From: Candidatus Omnitrophota bacterium
GTDB taxonomy: Bacteria; Omnitrophota; Gorgyraeia; Pluralincolimonadales; Pluralincolimonadaceae
NCBI GenBank assembly: GCA_003141835.1
Contig: PLNR01000006.1
Span: forward strand, 78,558-142,557
DNA length: 64,000 nt
Direction of reading: 5' to 3'
The notes under the pieces are model-generated. The model searched no databases. It saw nothing but the letters and a program-made list of their open reading frames with translations, and had not been told where the DNA came from. Made by a program: the position numbers and the translations under genes. Of the stretch, positions 25,324 through 33,615 are shown one piece after another. Each line of letters opens with the position of its first letter. Positions within the stretch are counted from its first letter, which is position 1.

Positions 25324-25881
25324 CTAGGTGAAGCTGACTTTTGGCGGCTCCCTCTCCGCGAGGTCCTTGAGCTCGAAGAACTCTTCAGGCGCGAAACCCA
25401 GCGCCGGGGCGACCGTATTGGCCGGGAAGGTCTTGACGGCCGTGTTAAAGCGCGTGACTTCGTCGTTGTAATACTGCCTTGAGAAGGCGATCTTGTTCTC
25501 GGTTGAGGTTAGCTCCTCCTGCAGGGCCAGCATGTTCTGGTTCGCCTTCAGGTCGGGATATTTCTCCGCGACGGCAAATAAGGAACGCAACGCGCCGGTA
25601 AGCATATTTTCCGCGCCCTCTTTGTCCTTGACCGTCGTCGCCTGTGTCGCCTGGGTGCGCGCTTTGATGACGTTCTCTAAGGTCTCGCGCTCGAATTTCA
25701 TGTATCCCTTGGCCGTCTCTACAAGGTTCGGGATAAGGTCGTGCCTTCTCTTGAGCTGCACGTCTATCTGCGCCCAACCGTTCTTGACCCGCATCTTCAG
25801 CTGGACGAGGCCGTTATAGACGCCGATCAGCCAAAGCGCGGCGACGACAACGATGACGAGGATGACAAATAATATGACCAT
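25324..25881 (-). CDS. LemA-family protein
   Basis: 185 aa. N-terminal TM helix followed by the LemA domain (YNGLV...KRRHDLIPNLVETAKGY...AEKYPDLKA). Forms the typical LemA-M48 peptidase gene pair. Confidence 0.88.
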   Translation of the reverse strand: MVILFVILVIVVVAALWLIGVYNGLVQLKMRVKNGWAQIDVQLKRRHDLIPNLVETAKGYMKFERETLENVIKARTQATQATTVKDKEGAENMLTGALRSLFAVAEKYPDLKANQNMLALQEELTSTENKIAFSRQYYNDEVTRFNTAVKTFPANTVAPALGFAPEEFFELKDLAEREPPKVSFT

Positions 25882-25916
25882 CGCGCTACCTCCTGTTTTT
25901 TAAACTATGGGATATC

Positions 25917-25945
25917 ATTATATACGTTTTATTTCTGGGGTTCAA
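25917..25945 (-). promoter_or_regulatory. Sigma70-type promoter (TTGAAC-17-TATAAT) for the LemA-M48 operon
   Basis: Minus strand: -35 TTGAAC (plus 25940-25945, inside the 3' end of the ADH gene), 17-nt spacer, -10 TATAAT (plus 25917-25922). An AGGAGG Shine-Dalgarno lies before the LemA ATG. Confidence 0.45.
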
Positions 25946-26960
25946 TGATGACTTTTATGGAATCCGCGGCGCTTGCGACGAGCTTAAAACCTTTTCCCGT
26001 GTCGGCCAGGGCGAACCGGTGCGTTATCATATCCTTGACGTTGACCTTGCGCGACCTGATCAATTCGATGGCCTCAAGGTGTTCTTTGGGGCTCGCCGCG
26101 TAAGAGCTCGTAAGGGTCACTTCGTTGCGCCAGAAGATATCATTTATGGACTTGGGAAGCATAAGGTCTTTCTCCGCGGCCGCGAAGAAGAGGACGGTCC
26201 CGCCGCGCTCGACCGAGGCCAGCGCCTGCTCCACGGCCGGCCTTGCGCCGGCGCACAGGATGACAACGTCAGCTAGCATGCCGCCGTTTACAGCTTTCAA
26301 TTTTTCAGGGGAATATTCTTTCGCGTCAAATGCGTTGTCCGCGCCGAATTTCTTAGCAGCGTCAATACGGTATTGCGAAATATCTGTCGCTGCGACAAGT
26401 TTCGCGCCGAGAGAGCGCGCATATTGGATATGCAGGAGCCCAGATATCCCACTTCCTATCACGAGGACGGTCCGGCCTTTTTTGACCCCGGCCAGCCTCT
26501 GGCCGCGCAGGACGCACGAAAGGGGCTCGATGAATGTTGCTTCGTCAAAAGAGACGTCTGCCGGCAGATTATAAACTCCGCCCTGCTCGATATTTACCGC
26601 CGGGACGCGGACAAATTCGGAGAAACCTCCCGGGTAGAAATTCGTCTTGCGCAGCGTCTCGCAGACGGTCTCATGCCCGCTTAGGCAATAATGGCATTTA
26701 TGGCACGGGACATGATGGGAGGCCGCGACGCGGTCGCCTATTTTAAGATTTTTAACGCCAGCGCCGGCCTTCTCTATAGTTCCGGCTATCTCGTGTCCGA
26801 GGACAAGCGGCACCCTGTTGATGCGGTACCATTCCATGACGTCACTGCCGCATATGCCGCTCGAGACTACCCGGATAAGGATTTCGCCCGGCCCGATCTC
26901 AGGGACAGGAGCTTCTTCGAGACGAACATCATTATTACTGTAATACATCGCGACGCGCAT
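25929..26960 (-). CDS. Zn-dependent alcohol dehydrogenase (MDR family; threonine/sorbitol dehydrogenase-like)
   Basis: 343 aa. Catalytic zinc site GICGSDVMEW...GHEIAGTIE. Structural zinc Cys cluster CHKCHYCLSGHETVC. Rossmann motif VIGSGISG. Confidence 0.88.
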   Translation of the reverse strand: MRVAMYYSNNDVRLEEAPVPEIGPGEILIRVVSSGICGSDVMEWYRINRVPLVLGHEIAGTIEKAGAGVKNLKIGDRVAASHHVPCHKCHYCLSGHETVCETLRKTNFYPGGFSEFVRVPAVNIEQGGVYNLPADVSFDEATFIEPLSCVLRGQRLAGVKKGRTVLVIGSGISGLLHIQYARSLGAKLVAATDISQYRIDAAKKFGADNAFDAKEYSPEKLKAVNGGMLADVVILCAGARPAVEQALASVERGGTVLFFAAAEKDLMLPKSINDIFWRNEVTLTSSYAASPKEHLEAIELIRSRKVNVKDMITHRFALADTGKGFKLVASAADSIKVIIEPQK

Positions 26961-26972
26961 AATCGGCCTTTT

Positions 26973-27224
26973 TTATTTATGTTTATGCTTGCAGCCTGAA
27001 GGGCAACTCGATGTCGCCTTCTCGCAAGGAGCCGGCTGGGATTTCTTCTTGTAATCGGTCTCGTAAAAACCCGAACCCTTGAATATCACCCCGGCGCCGC
27101 CGCTTATGAGGCGCTTGACCTTGCCTCCGCATTTGGGGCATTTCTCGAGGCGTTTGTCGGACATCGACTGGAAGACCTCAAATATATGCTTGCATTTCTG
27201 GCACTCGTAATCATAAGAAGGCAT
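26973..27224 (-). CDS. FmdB-family zinc-ribbon protein
   Basis: 83 aa. MPSYDYECQKCKHIFE...CPKCGG is the FmdB CxxC...CxxC signature. A Cys-containing C-terminal tail follows (PAPCEKATSSCPSGCKHKHK). Confidence 0.8.
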   Translation of the reverse strand: MPSYDYECQKCKHIFEVFQSMSDKRLEKCPKCGGKVKRLISGGAGVIFKGSGFYETDYKKKSQPAPCEKATSSCPSGCKHKHK

Positions 27225-27242
27225 CTTCGAAAGCTATCTCCT

Positions 27243-28241
27243 TTATATCCAGCAGAGGCCGTCTTCGGCCAGGTAATCGTTCCCCACCGCGTAGGCGAAA
27301 GCCCTGCATCCGCGGCATTTATCTATGCGGCAGGTGCCGCACTTTCCTTTTAATTTGCTCTTATCGGTCACTTCCTTGAGTACCCTGCTTTCGCTTATTA
27401 TATCCTTCAAGCCCTTGTCGAGGAGGTTGCCGATCTTCATGGCAAACCTGCGGCACGGGAGCAGGTCCCCGTTTGGCATTATCGCGAATGCATCCTCGCC
27501 GAGGTTGCATTCGGCTCCCAGCAGTTCGGCGTCACCCTCTTTGAACTTTATCCAGAACGCCTTGCACGGGAGCATATCATCCCCGGCCGAGTCGACCTCC
27601 ATGTATTCGCATATCTCGCCGACAAGCCGCTTCCAATCCTCTTTGCCTATGACCTCGGATTTGAGGCCTTTGCTCTGGCCAAGCGGTATGAAGCGCTCTA
27701 TTATAAGGCCGTCGACCTTCAGGTCCCTGCATAACTGGAAAAGCGCGGGCAGCTCATAGGTGTTCGACCGCATGGCGGTAAGCATTATTATGACCTCGAA
27801 GGCGCCCTTCTCCTGGAGCAGGTTTATCTTTTCAAGCACGGTTTTGAAAGCGCCGGGCCTGCGTATCGCGTCGTTAGTCTTCTCTGTCGCCCCGTCGAGG
27901 GATATCTTTATCTGTTTTAATTTCTTTATCCCCTTAAGTTCCGTGACGGTATCATCGCCGATGAGGCTCGCGTTCGTTATCACTGCGAGCTCTTCGGTGG
28001 TGTCGTGTTTGTCGAGATAACGCAGCAGGCTGAGGAAGTCCTTCCTCAGGAAAGGTTCCCCGCCGGTCAGGTTTATTTTCGTCTTCCTGCCGCCTGCGCT
28101 CGAGGCGATGTTCTCATATATCTTAATGAGGGCTGCCAACGGAAGGTCGGAGGCCTTCGTGAAATCATTCTGGTAACAATGGCGGCACCTGAAATTGCAC
28201 GCGTCGGTTATGTGCCACTGGAAAAAAAGGTTCTCCCCCAT
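27243..28241 (-). CDS. Radical SAM / SPASM-domain enzyme (peptide- or protein-modifying maturase-like)
   Basis: 332 aa. Radical-SAM CNFRCRHC (Cx3Cx2C) near the N-terminus. C-terminal SPASM-type Cys cluster CNLGEDAFAIMPNGDLLPC...CGTCRIDKCRGC. Confidence 0.8.
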   Translation of the reverse strand: MGENLFFQWHITDACNFRCRHCYQNDFTKASDLPLAALIKIYENIASSAGGRKTKINLTGGEPFLRKDFLSLLRYLDKHDTTEELAVITNASLIGDDTVTELKGIKKLKQIKISLDGATEKTNDAIRRPGAFKTVLEKINLLQEKGAFEVIIMLTAMRSNTYELPALFQLCRDLKVDGLIIERFIPLGQSKGLKSEVIGKEDWKRLVGEICEYMEVDSAGDDMLPCKAFWIKFKEGDAELLGAECNLGEDAFAIMPNGDLLPCRRFAMKIGNLLDKGLKDIISESRVLKEVTDKSKLKGKCGTCRIDKCRGCRAFAYAVGNDYLAEDGLCWI

Positions 28242-28242
28242 C

Positions 28243-28740
28243 TTATGACACGCCCCTCCAGATCTTCAGGATCCCTTTTAGCGACTCGAGGTGCTTCTCC
28301 TCTTCTTTTATTATATCCTCAAAAGCCTTCTTTGCCGGCGCGTCGGTGGTCTTGACCAGGCAGGCCTTAAAGAAGCTGACCGAGCGTTTTTCGAAAAATA
28401 TGCCCAACTCTATCGCTTTCTTCTCGTCTTTTATTATGTCAGCCAGGTCGACCGACTCGCCGAGAGCCCCGAAGACCCTCGTATCTATCTCGTCGACTAT
28501 GCTGTTCTCGTCGAAAGGCCCGGAGAGTTCTTCGACCTTTTGGTTGAAGAACTTCAAGTGCTTCCTCTCCTCTGTAAGGAGCGAATAGACCGCCTTCTCG
28601 GCCTCCACATCATCCACTGACGACAGGAAGAGGCTGTAAAAATTTATCCCCTCGGCCTCGAGCCTGCGCGCGATCTTGTACGCCTCCAGCGGCTTGAAGT
28701 CCGATATGATTATCTCGTCGCCTTTATAGTCTATCTTCAT
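28243..28740 (-). CDS. Rubrerythrin/ferritin-like di-iron domain protein
   Basis: 165 aa with two ExxH-containing helices (TEERKHL and EEEKHLESL). Lacks a rubredoxin domain. Separated from the radical-SAM gene by 1 nt. Confidence 0.65.
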   Translation of the reverse strand: MKIDYKGDEIIISDFKPLEAYKIARRLEAEGINFYSLFLSSVDDVEAEKAVYSLLTEERKHLKFFNQKVEELSGPFDENSIVDEIDTRVFGALGESVDLADIIKDEKKAIELGIFFEKRSVSFFKACLVKTTDAPAKKAFEDIIKEEEKHLESLKGILKIWRGVS

Positions 28741-28741
28741 T

Positions 28742-29158
28742 TCACTCCCCTATTATCTTGACCAGAACCCTTTTGCGCCTCTGGCCGTCGAACTCGCCGT
28801 AGAATATCCTCTCCCACGGCCCGAAATCCAGCTTTCCCTTCGTCACGGCCACGACGACCTCGCGGCCCATGATCGTCCTTTTAAGGTGCGCGTCGCCGTT
28901 GTCCTCGCCGGTGCGGTTGTGCCTGTATTTCTCGACGCCGTAAGGCGCCAGCTTCTCGACCCAATCAAGGAAATCCTGGTGCAACCCTTCCTCGTCGTCG
29001 TTTATGAAGACGCTCGCCGTGATATGCATGGCGTTCACGAGGCAAAGCCCTTCTTTGATACCGCTCTTATCGAGCGCCTTCTCGACCTGGGCGGTAATAT
29101 TAACTATCTCGTACCTTTTTTCGGTATTGAACGCGAGATACTCGGTATAGGCTTTCAT
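28742..29158 (-). CDS. YjbQ/UPF0047 family protein (secondary thiamin-phosphate synthase-like)
   Basis: 138 aa. Conserved [20 protein letters not shown]...HLKRTIMG segments of the YjbQ family. Confidence 0.85.
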   Translation of the reverse strand: MKAYTEYLAFNTEKRYEIVNITAQVEKALDKSGIKEGLCLVNAMHITASVFINDDEEGLHQDFLDWVEKLAPYGVEKYRHNRTGEDNGDAHLKRTIMGREVVVAVTKGKLDFGPWERIFYGEFDGQRRKRVLVKIIGE

Positions 29159-29184
29159 CGCCTGATAATTATAACAATAAAAAT

Positions 29185-29227
29185 GGTGACAGTATACTTA
29201 ATTATTGGGAGATAAGTATACCGTCAC
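29185..29227 (-). terminator. Rho-independent terminator (minus strand) after the SYLF-domain gene
   Basis: On the minus strand the RNA reads GGUGACGGUAUAC-(18-nt loop)-GUAUACUGUCACC, a 13-bp stem with one mismatch, followed by AUUUUUAUUGUU. Confidence 0.55.
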
Positions 29228-29233
29228 CAAATT

Positions 29234-29920
29234 TTATTTCGAATAGCTCTGGATCTCCGCGATGAGGGAGACGCCTGCCGGCGTGGGTTGTATCTTGCCG
29301 CTCTTAAGTATCTCTTTCGCGGTCACGTCAGCTTTGTACAGCGCCTTGTCTCCTTCTTTATTCTGGGTGATCCCCGCGCCTTCAAGTTTCAGCCCGATAA
29401 AGGCGCCTCTTGACCTCGAATACGAGAATATACCGCCCTTCAACTGGAGGTCGGTCGAGGCCTGCGCGTCCCTTCCTACCGGGCCCGCGGCCACCGAAGC
29501 GTCGGCGCCTAGAGTCAATTTGCTCGCGAGGAAACCGTCGACCCCGCGGTCGCTCATTATAATGAGTATCGAATCCGTCGCCTGCCCGCCTATCTGCCAT
29601 CCGAAGCTCCCCCCTCCTATATTAAAGACGGCTGGGGGACTCCAGTTGCCGTTATTGTCTTTGTAGAGCACGACGCCCTGGCCGTATTTCGCGCCGATTA
29701 TGAAACCGCCGCCGACCGTCGAGGGGAATATCGCTATACCCCTGCATTTCCTTAACAGGTCCGTCGGGATCGAGGTATCGGGCATTGAATTCACTTCCTT
29801 GAGCACCTTGCCCGCTTCCGTAATAAGGTCTTCCCATTTGTCGGCGTATGCCTTTGCGCCGGTCAACAACATCGACGCCGTTAACGCGCCGATCAACAGC
29901 AGAACATATACCTTCCTCAT
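29234..29920 (-). CDS. SYLF (Ysc84/DUF500) lipid-binding domain protein, secreted
   Basis: 228 aa. Signal peptide, then the SYLF core (AIFPSTVGGGFIIGAKYGQGV...FNIGGGSFGWQIGGQATD...ADASVAAGPVGRDA). Confidence 0.82.
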   Translation of the reverse strand: MRKVYVLLLIGALTASMLLTGAKAYADKWEDLITEAGKVLKEVNSMPDTSIPTDLLRKCRGIAIFPSTVGGGFIIGAKYGQGVVLYKDNNGNWSPPAVFNIGGGSFGWQIGGQATDSILIIMSDRGVDGFLASKLTLGADASVAAGPVGRDAQASTDLQLKGGIFSYSRSRGAFIGLKLEGAGITQNKEGDKALYKADVTAKEILKSGKIQPTPAGVSLIAEIQSYSK

Positions 29921-30564
29921 GCAGCACCTCCTTTTTCTCCGTTAGTTTCAAGGAACTTCGCCATATCTTCCGGGACCGGCGCCGTAAAAACAAGCTGTTC
30001 CCCGGTCACGGGATGCGTGAACCCGATCTTTTGGGAATGGAGCGCCGCCCTCCTGAATTTAAGCTCATAATCCTTGGCGAACGCGAATTTTCTTTCGCCC
30101 ACCAGCGGATGGCCTATCGACTTAAAATGTATCCTTATCTGGTTGGTCCTGCCCGTTTCCGGCTCGATCTCCACGACCGAAAAACTCCTCCATTCCTCGA
30201 TCACCTTATATTTCGTCACGGACTTTTTTCCCTCGATCGGGAGGTCGATGGCGCCGGCCTTCCTGGCGAGCCGCCCGTGGACAAAAGCGATATAAGTCTT
30301 ACTGACCCTGCGGTTCCTGAACTCCTCCATCATCGCCTGCTGGGTCTTCTTCCCTTTCGCGTATATTATCAGCCCGGAAGTCTCCCTGTCAAGGCGGTGG
30401 CACGGGTGAGCGTTCGCCTCGATGCCGCGGGCGTCGAGCTCCCGGTTTAAAAGGGCAGTAAGGGTATTCGATTCTCCCTTAGGGGTCGGTATAACCAGCA
30501 TCCCGGCCGGCTTATCGGCGACTATTATGTGGTCATCTTCATAGAGTATTTTGGATCCGCTCAT
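29917..30564 (-). CDS. RluA-family pseudouridine synthase
   Basis: 215 aa. Catalytic Asp motif HRLDRETSGLIIYAK. Confidence 0.88.
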   Translation of the reverse strand: MSGSKILYEDDHIIVADKPAGMLVIPTPKGESNTLTALLNRELDARGIEANAHPCHRLDRETSGLIIYAKGKKTQQAMMEEFRNRRVSKTYIAFVHGRLARKAGAIDLPIEGKKSVTKYKVIEEWRSFSVVEIEPETGRTNQIRIHFKSIGHPLVGERKFAFAKDYELKFRRAALHSQKIGFTHPVTGEQLVFTAPVPEDMAKFLETNGEKGGAA

Positions 30565-30613
30565 CGACGTGATTATACCTCCGCCGGTGAGGGATTGACA
30601 ATGTAATATTTAT

Positions 30614-31867
30614 ATGCTAACTTTATTCAATAGCATGGACATAAATACAACCCGTACTATTAACGAGCTAGTCTCCGCTATTGCTTATGTCCTTGATGTG
30701 ATGAGTGAAGGCACAAACCTCTACCACTCTTGGCGCGTAAGCATATTCGCTTCCCAATTCGCGAAAACGCTCATCCCCGACGAAAGAAAAACGATATTCT
30801 ACGCCTCGCTCCTGCATGATATCGGTTATCTCGCGCTTCCCGAACATATAACGCATTACCTTTCATCGCAGGAAGACCCTTCGAAGGACCCGGTGATCCT
30901 TTCCCATCCTATCATCGGCGCGGAACTGACCAGCCAGATACCGAACCTCTCGACGATAGCGAAGCTTATCCTGAACCACCACGAATGGTACAACGGCAGG
31001 GGTTATCCGCTCGGCAAGCAGCGCAACGAGATCCCGCTGGGCGCGCAGATAATATTGCTCGCCGACCAGATGGACATGCTCATGAGGAGCAAATCGATAA
31101 CCGGCATAAAGGCGATCGAGAAAGAAATATCCTTATGGTCAAATGAGCGCGTCTCGGCCGAGCTCCTTGAAACGGCAATGAGGGTCCTCACGGATGAGGG
31201 ACTGGTCGAAGAAGTATCGGATAAAGAGAAAATACCGGCGGTATTCAACAGGGTAAGGGCTGAGACCGGGCCGGTGGACATTCCCGGGAGCGTCGACGCG
31301 GTAGGCATCGCCTGCGAGGTATTTTCGCAGCTGATAGACACTAAACATCCCTCGATGATCGGGCATTCCAAGAGGGTCTCGGTCTATTCGATACTCATCT
31401 CGCTGGCAATGAACCTCTCCCACGACGATATAACCAAAACGAAATGGGCGGCCCTGCTCCACGACGTAGGTAAGCTCGGCATCGCCAAGGGCCTCATCAG
31501 CAAACCCGGAAAACTTACCCCGCAGGAATTTGACGCGATGAAGATACATGCCGTATTTACGCGCGAACTGCTCGAGACGATAGTGGATTTTAAAGAGATA
31601 GCCTTGATAGCGAGCTCCGATCACGAGCGTTTTGATGGGAAGGGTTATCCGATGGGCATCAAGGGCAACCAGATACCTTTAGGAACAAGGATAATCTCAG
31701 TCGCCGACGCCTTCGACGCGATGACATCTACAAGGACCTACCGCAGGGCGATGTCCAAGGAAGCGGCCTGCGACGAGATCGAAAGATGCGCCGGGACCCA
31801 GTTCGACCCGGCCGTGGTCAAGGAAGCTATTCCGGTCCTGCGCAATCTCTCTGTTTCCCTCCTCTAA
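30614..31867 (+). CDS. Tandem HD-GYP domain phosphodiesterase-family protein
   Basis: 417 aa with two complete HD-GYP modules: (LLHDIGY...HHEWYNGRGYPLG) and (LLHDVGKLG...DHERFDGKGYPMG). The only clear plus-strand gene. The true start may be the second ATG (30635, MDINTT...). Confidence 0.82.
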   Translation: MLTLFNSMDINTTRTINELVSAIAYVLDVMSEGTNLYHSWRVSIFASQFAKTLIPDERKTIFYASLLHDIGYLALPEHITHYLSSQEDPSKDPVILSHPIIGAELTSQIPNLSTIAKLILNHHEWYNGRGYPLGKQRNEIPLGAQIILLADQMDMLMRSKSITGIKAIEKEISLWSNERVSAELLETAMRVLTDEGLVEEVSDKEKIPAVFNRVRAETGPVDIPGSVDAVGIACEVFSQLIDTKHPSMIGHSKRVSVYSILISLAMNLSHDDITKTKWAALLHDVGKLGIAKGLISKPGKLTPQEFDAMKIHAVFTRELLETIVDFKEIALIASSDHERFDGKGYPMGIKGNQIPLGTRIISVADAFDAMTSTRTYRRAMSKEAACDEIERCAGTQFDPAVVKEAIPVLRNLSVSLL

Positions 31868-31868
31868 T

Positions 31869-32561
31869 TTATTCTTTCCCGAGCTTGCGGCTGAGGTAGC
31901 CCCCTGTGAGGCCGTCAATTGTGGCGGTGAGCTCTTCTATCCTGATCTCTCTTTCCGTGTAAGCAGGGTTTTCTGTATCGGTTACCCTGGTAAGTTGCCT
32001 CTGGAGTTTCTTTCTTTCGAAATAGGCGGTATTAAGGGCCTCCATTATTTCATTCCTTAGCTCAACCATAAGTTTCGAGCGCGAGTCTATCGAGGTCTGG
32101 GCGGTGTTATATATAAGATCTCCCAAGTCCCATTTCGCCGTGAAATCCCAGCCACTGCTCATGTTATCGGGACCGACGAAGAAATTTGTCTTGCCGCTTG
32201 CGGTGGCGTAGGTTATGGTATCGTCGATATCGTTATTGTAGCCGACGGATACCTCGGGCATAAGTGCGCGCGCGGCGGCCTGCGCTCGCCAGTTGGCTAT
32301 CTTATCGGGATTGACCTCAGCGTATCTGATCGCGGCGCGCTGGAGTTCTAGGATGGCCGGTTCGTTGGGATCAGGATGATAAGAAGCTTTATTTTGGACT
32401 AAGGCTGTTTCAGCAGCTTCCTCTTTAGAGGCCACGGCCTCTTCATTAACAACGGGAGCCGGTTTGATTGATGTTTTCTCCACCTTCTCCCGAGCACAAC
32501 CATTTATCCACGGCACAGTCATACACAATACCAAAATCACGCTCAGTTTATCAGGACGCAT
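31869..32561 (-). CDS. Hypothetical lipoprotein
   Basis: 230 aa. The signal peptide ends in the lipobox-like WINGC. The C-terminal half is predicted helical. Last gene of the low-GC three-gene block. Confidence 0.45.
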   Translation of the reverse strand: MRPDKLSVILVLCMTVPWINGCAREKVEKTSIKPAPVVNEEAVASKEEAAETALVQNKASYHPDPNEPAILELQRAAIRYAEVNPDKIANWRAQAAARALMPEVSVGYNNDIDDTITYATASGKTNFFVGPDNMSSGWDFTAKWDLGDLIYNTAQTSIDSRSKLMVELRNEIMEALNTAYFERKKLQRQLTRVTDTENPAYTEREIRIEELTATIDGLTGGYLSRKLGKE

Positions 32562-32649
32562 TTGCTTGTGTCTCCTTTCTAAGGTAATAGACGTTAATTG
32601 GAAGGAAAAACTTTCAAAAATATTTTTTCAATGAGTTAATTTACGCCTC

Positions 32650-33615
32650 TCATTTAACTTCTGGATTTACGGGGTACGCCACGGGATCATCAGGCATATG
32701 TTCAGCTTTGGGATTTAACGGAGGCCTGTTCCAAATTTTATCTACCTCCAGATTCCTTGAGCCATCTGGCTGGAGGTAGTAGTCGAAGTCTCCACTAAAA
32801 CAAATCTTTCCATACCTGCCCTCTGGAGTCTTGAAATAACAAAACTTGCGATACCTGTCGTCAGGTTTATGTTCCGCCGGAGTGAAAGTTGGTACATAGC
32901 CTGATTCAGGGGCTTCGGGCATTAGATCAAAGTCAGCATAATATCGCTCCGTGCTATTTTCGAATTTCGGGTATCCTTCAAAATATATAAAGCCGCCTGG
33001 TTCTTTTATGGTATAAGTACTCTTACCGTCCTCATTAACACCGCGAACTATATCAACAGCCTTATCTCCGTCAACGGGGAAATACCACCTCTTCGAGAAG
33101 GACCAGCCGCATTGCTTGCCTCCTGATTTCTGCTCGTCTATGTCAGGGATTTCACCGCCCCTGGTAAACTCAAGGCTCGAGGGGTTGCCCTTTGGAATAA
33201 GATAAATCAGGATGTCTTTTTCGGTTAGCTGGAATGGTATAAAAGCATATTTTCCATTCACAACATCCGGGCCGCCCGAAAATGGAACATCCACCTCAGT
33301 GCTATAATAGCTGTCTTTTTGCGCTAAAACCGAAACGCTGGTAGCTTCTCCTGTCCAGCTAAAACGGCTTCCCTGCGATTTCAGCTCTAAAGTATCTTTG
33401 ATTTCAACGAATCCATACATATTCGAAGCATCATCTTTGTGTTTACTAACTTTGATTATCAAAGTTACATCCCCGGAAATTTCTTTCCCATCTTTGTCTA
33501 GAATTTTCCCGGATATATCGACCGGCAACAATTTACGCTCCGAACAATAACCGCCCTCAGATAATAACGCTATCAAGAAAATGGACAAAATAAAACCAAG
33601 CGATACTTTATTCAT
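32650..33615 (-). CDS. Hypothetical secreted protein
   Basis: 321 aa with a signal peptide (MNKVSLGFILSIFLIALLSEGGYC). No recognisable motif. Its start overlaps the stop of the 1136-aa gene. AT-rich codon usage. Confidence 0.45.
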   Translation of the reverse strand: MNKVSLGFILSIFLIALLSEGGYCSERKLLPVDISGKILDKDGKEISGDVTLIIKVSKHKDDASNMYGFVEIKDTLELKSQGSRFSWTGEATSVSVLAQKDSYYSTEVDVPFSGGPDVVNGKYAFIPFQLTEKDILIYLIPKGNPSSLEFTRGGEIPDIDEQKSGGKQCGWSFSKRWYFPVDGDKAVDIVRGVNEDGKSTYTIKEPGGFIYFEGYPKFENSTERYYADFDLMPEAPESGYVPTFTPAEHKPDDRYRKFCYFKTPEGRYGKICFSGDFDYYLQPDGSRNLEVDKIWNRPPLNPKAEHMPDDPVAYPVNPEVK

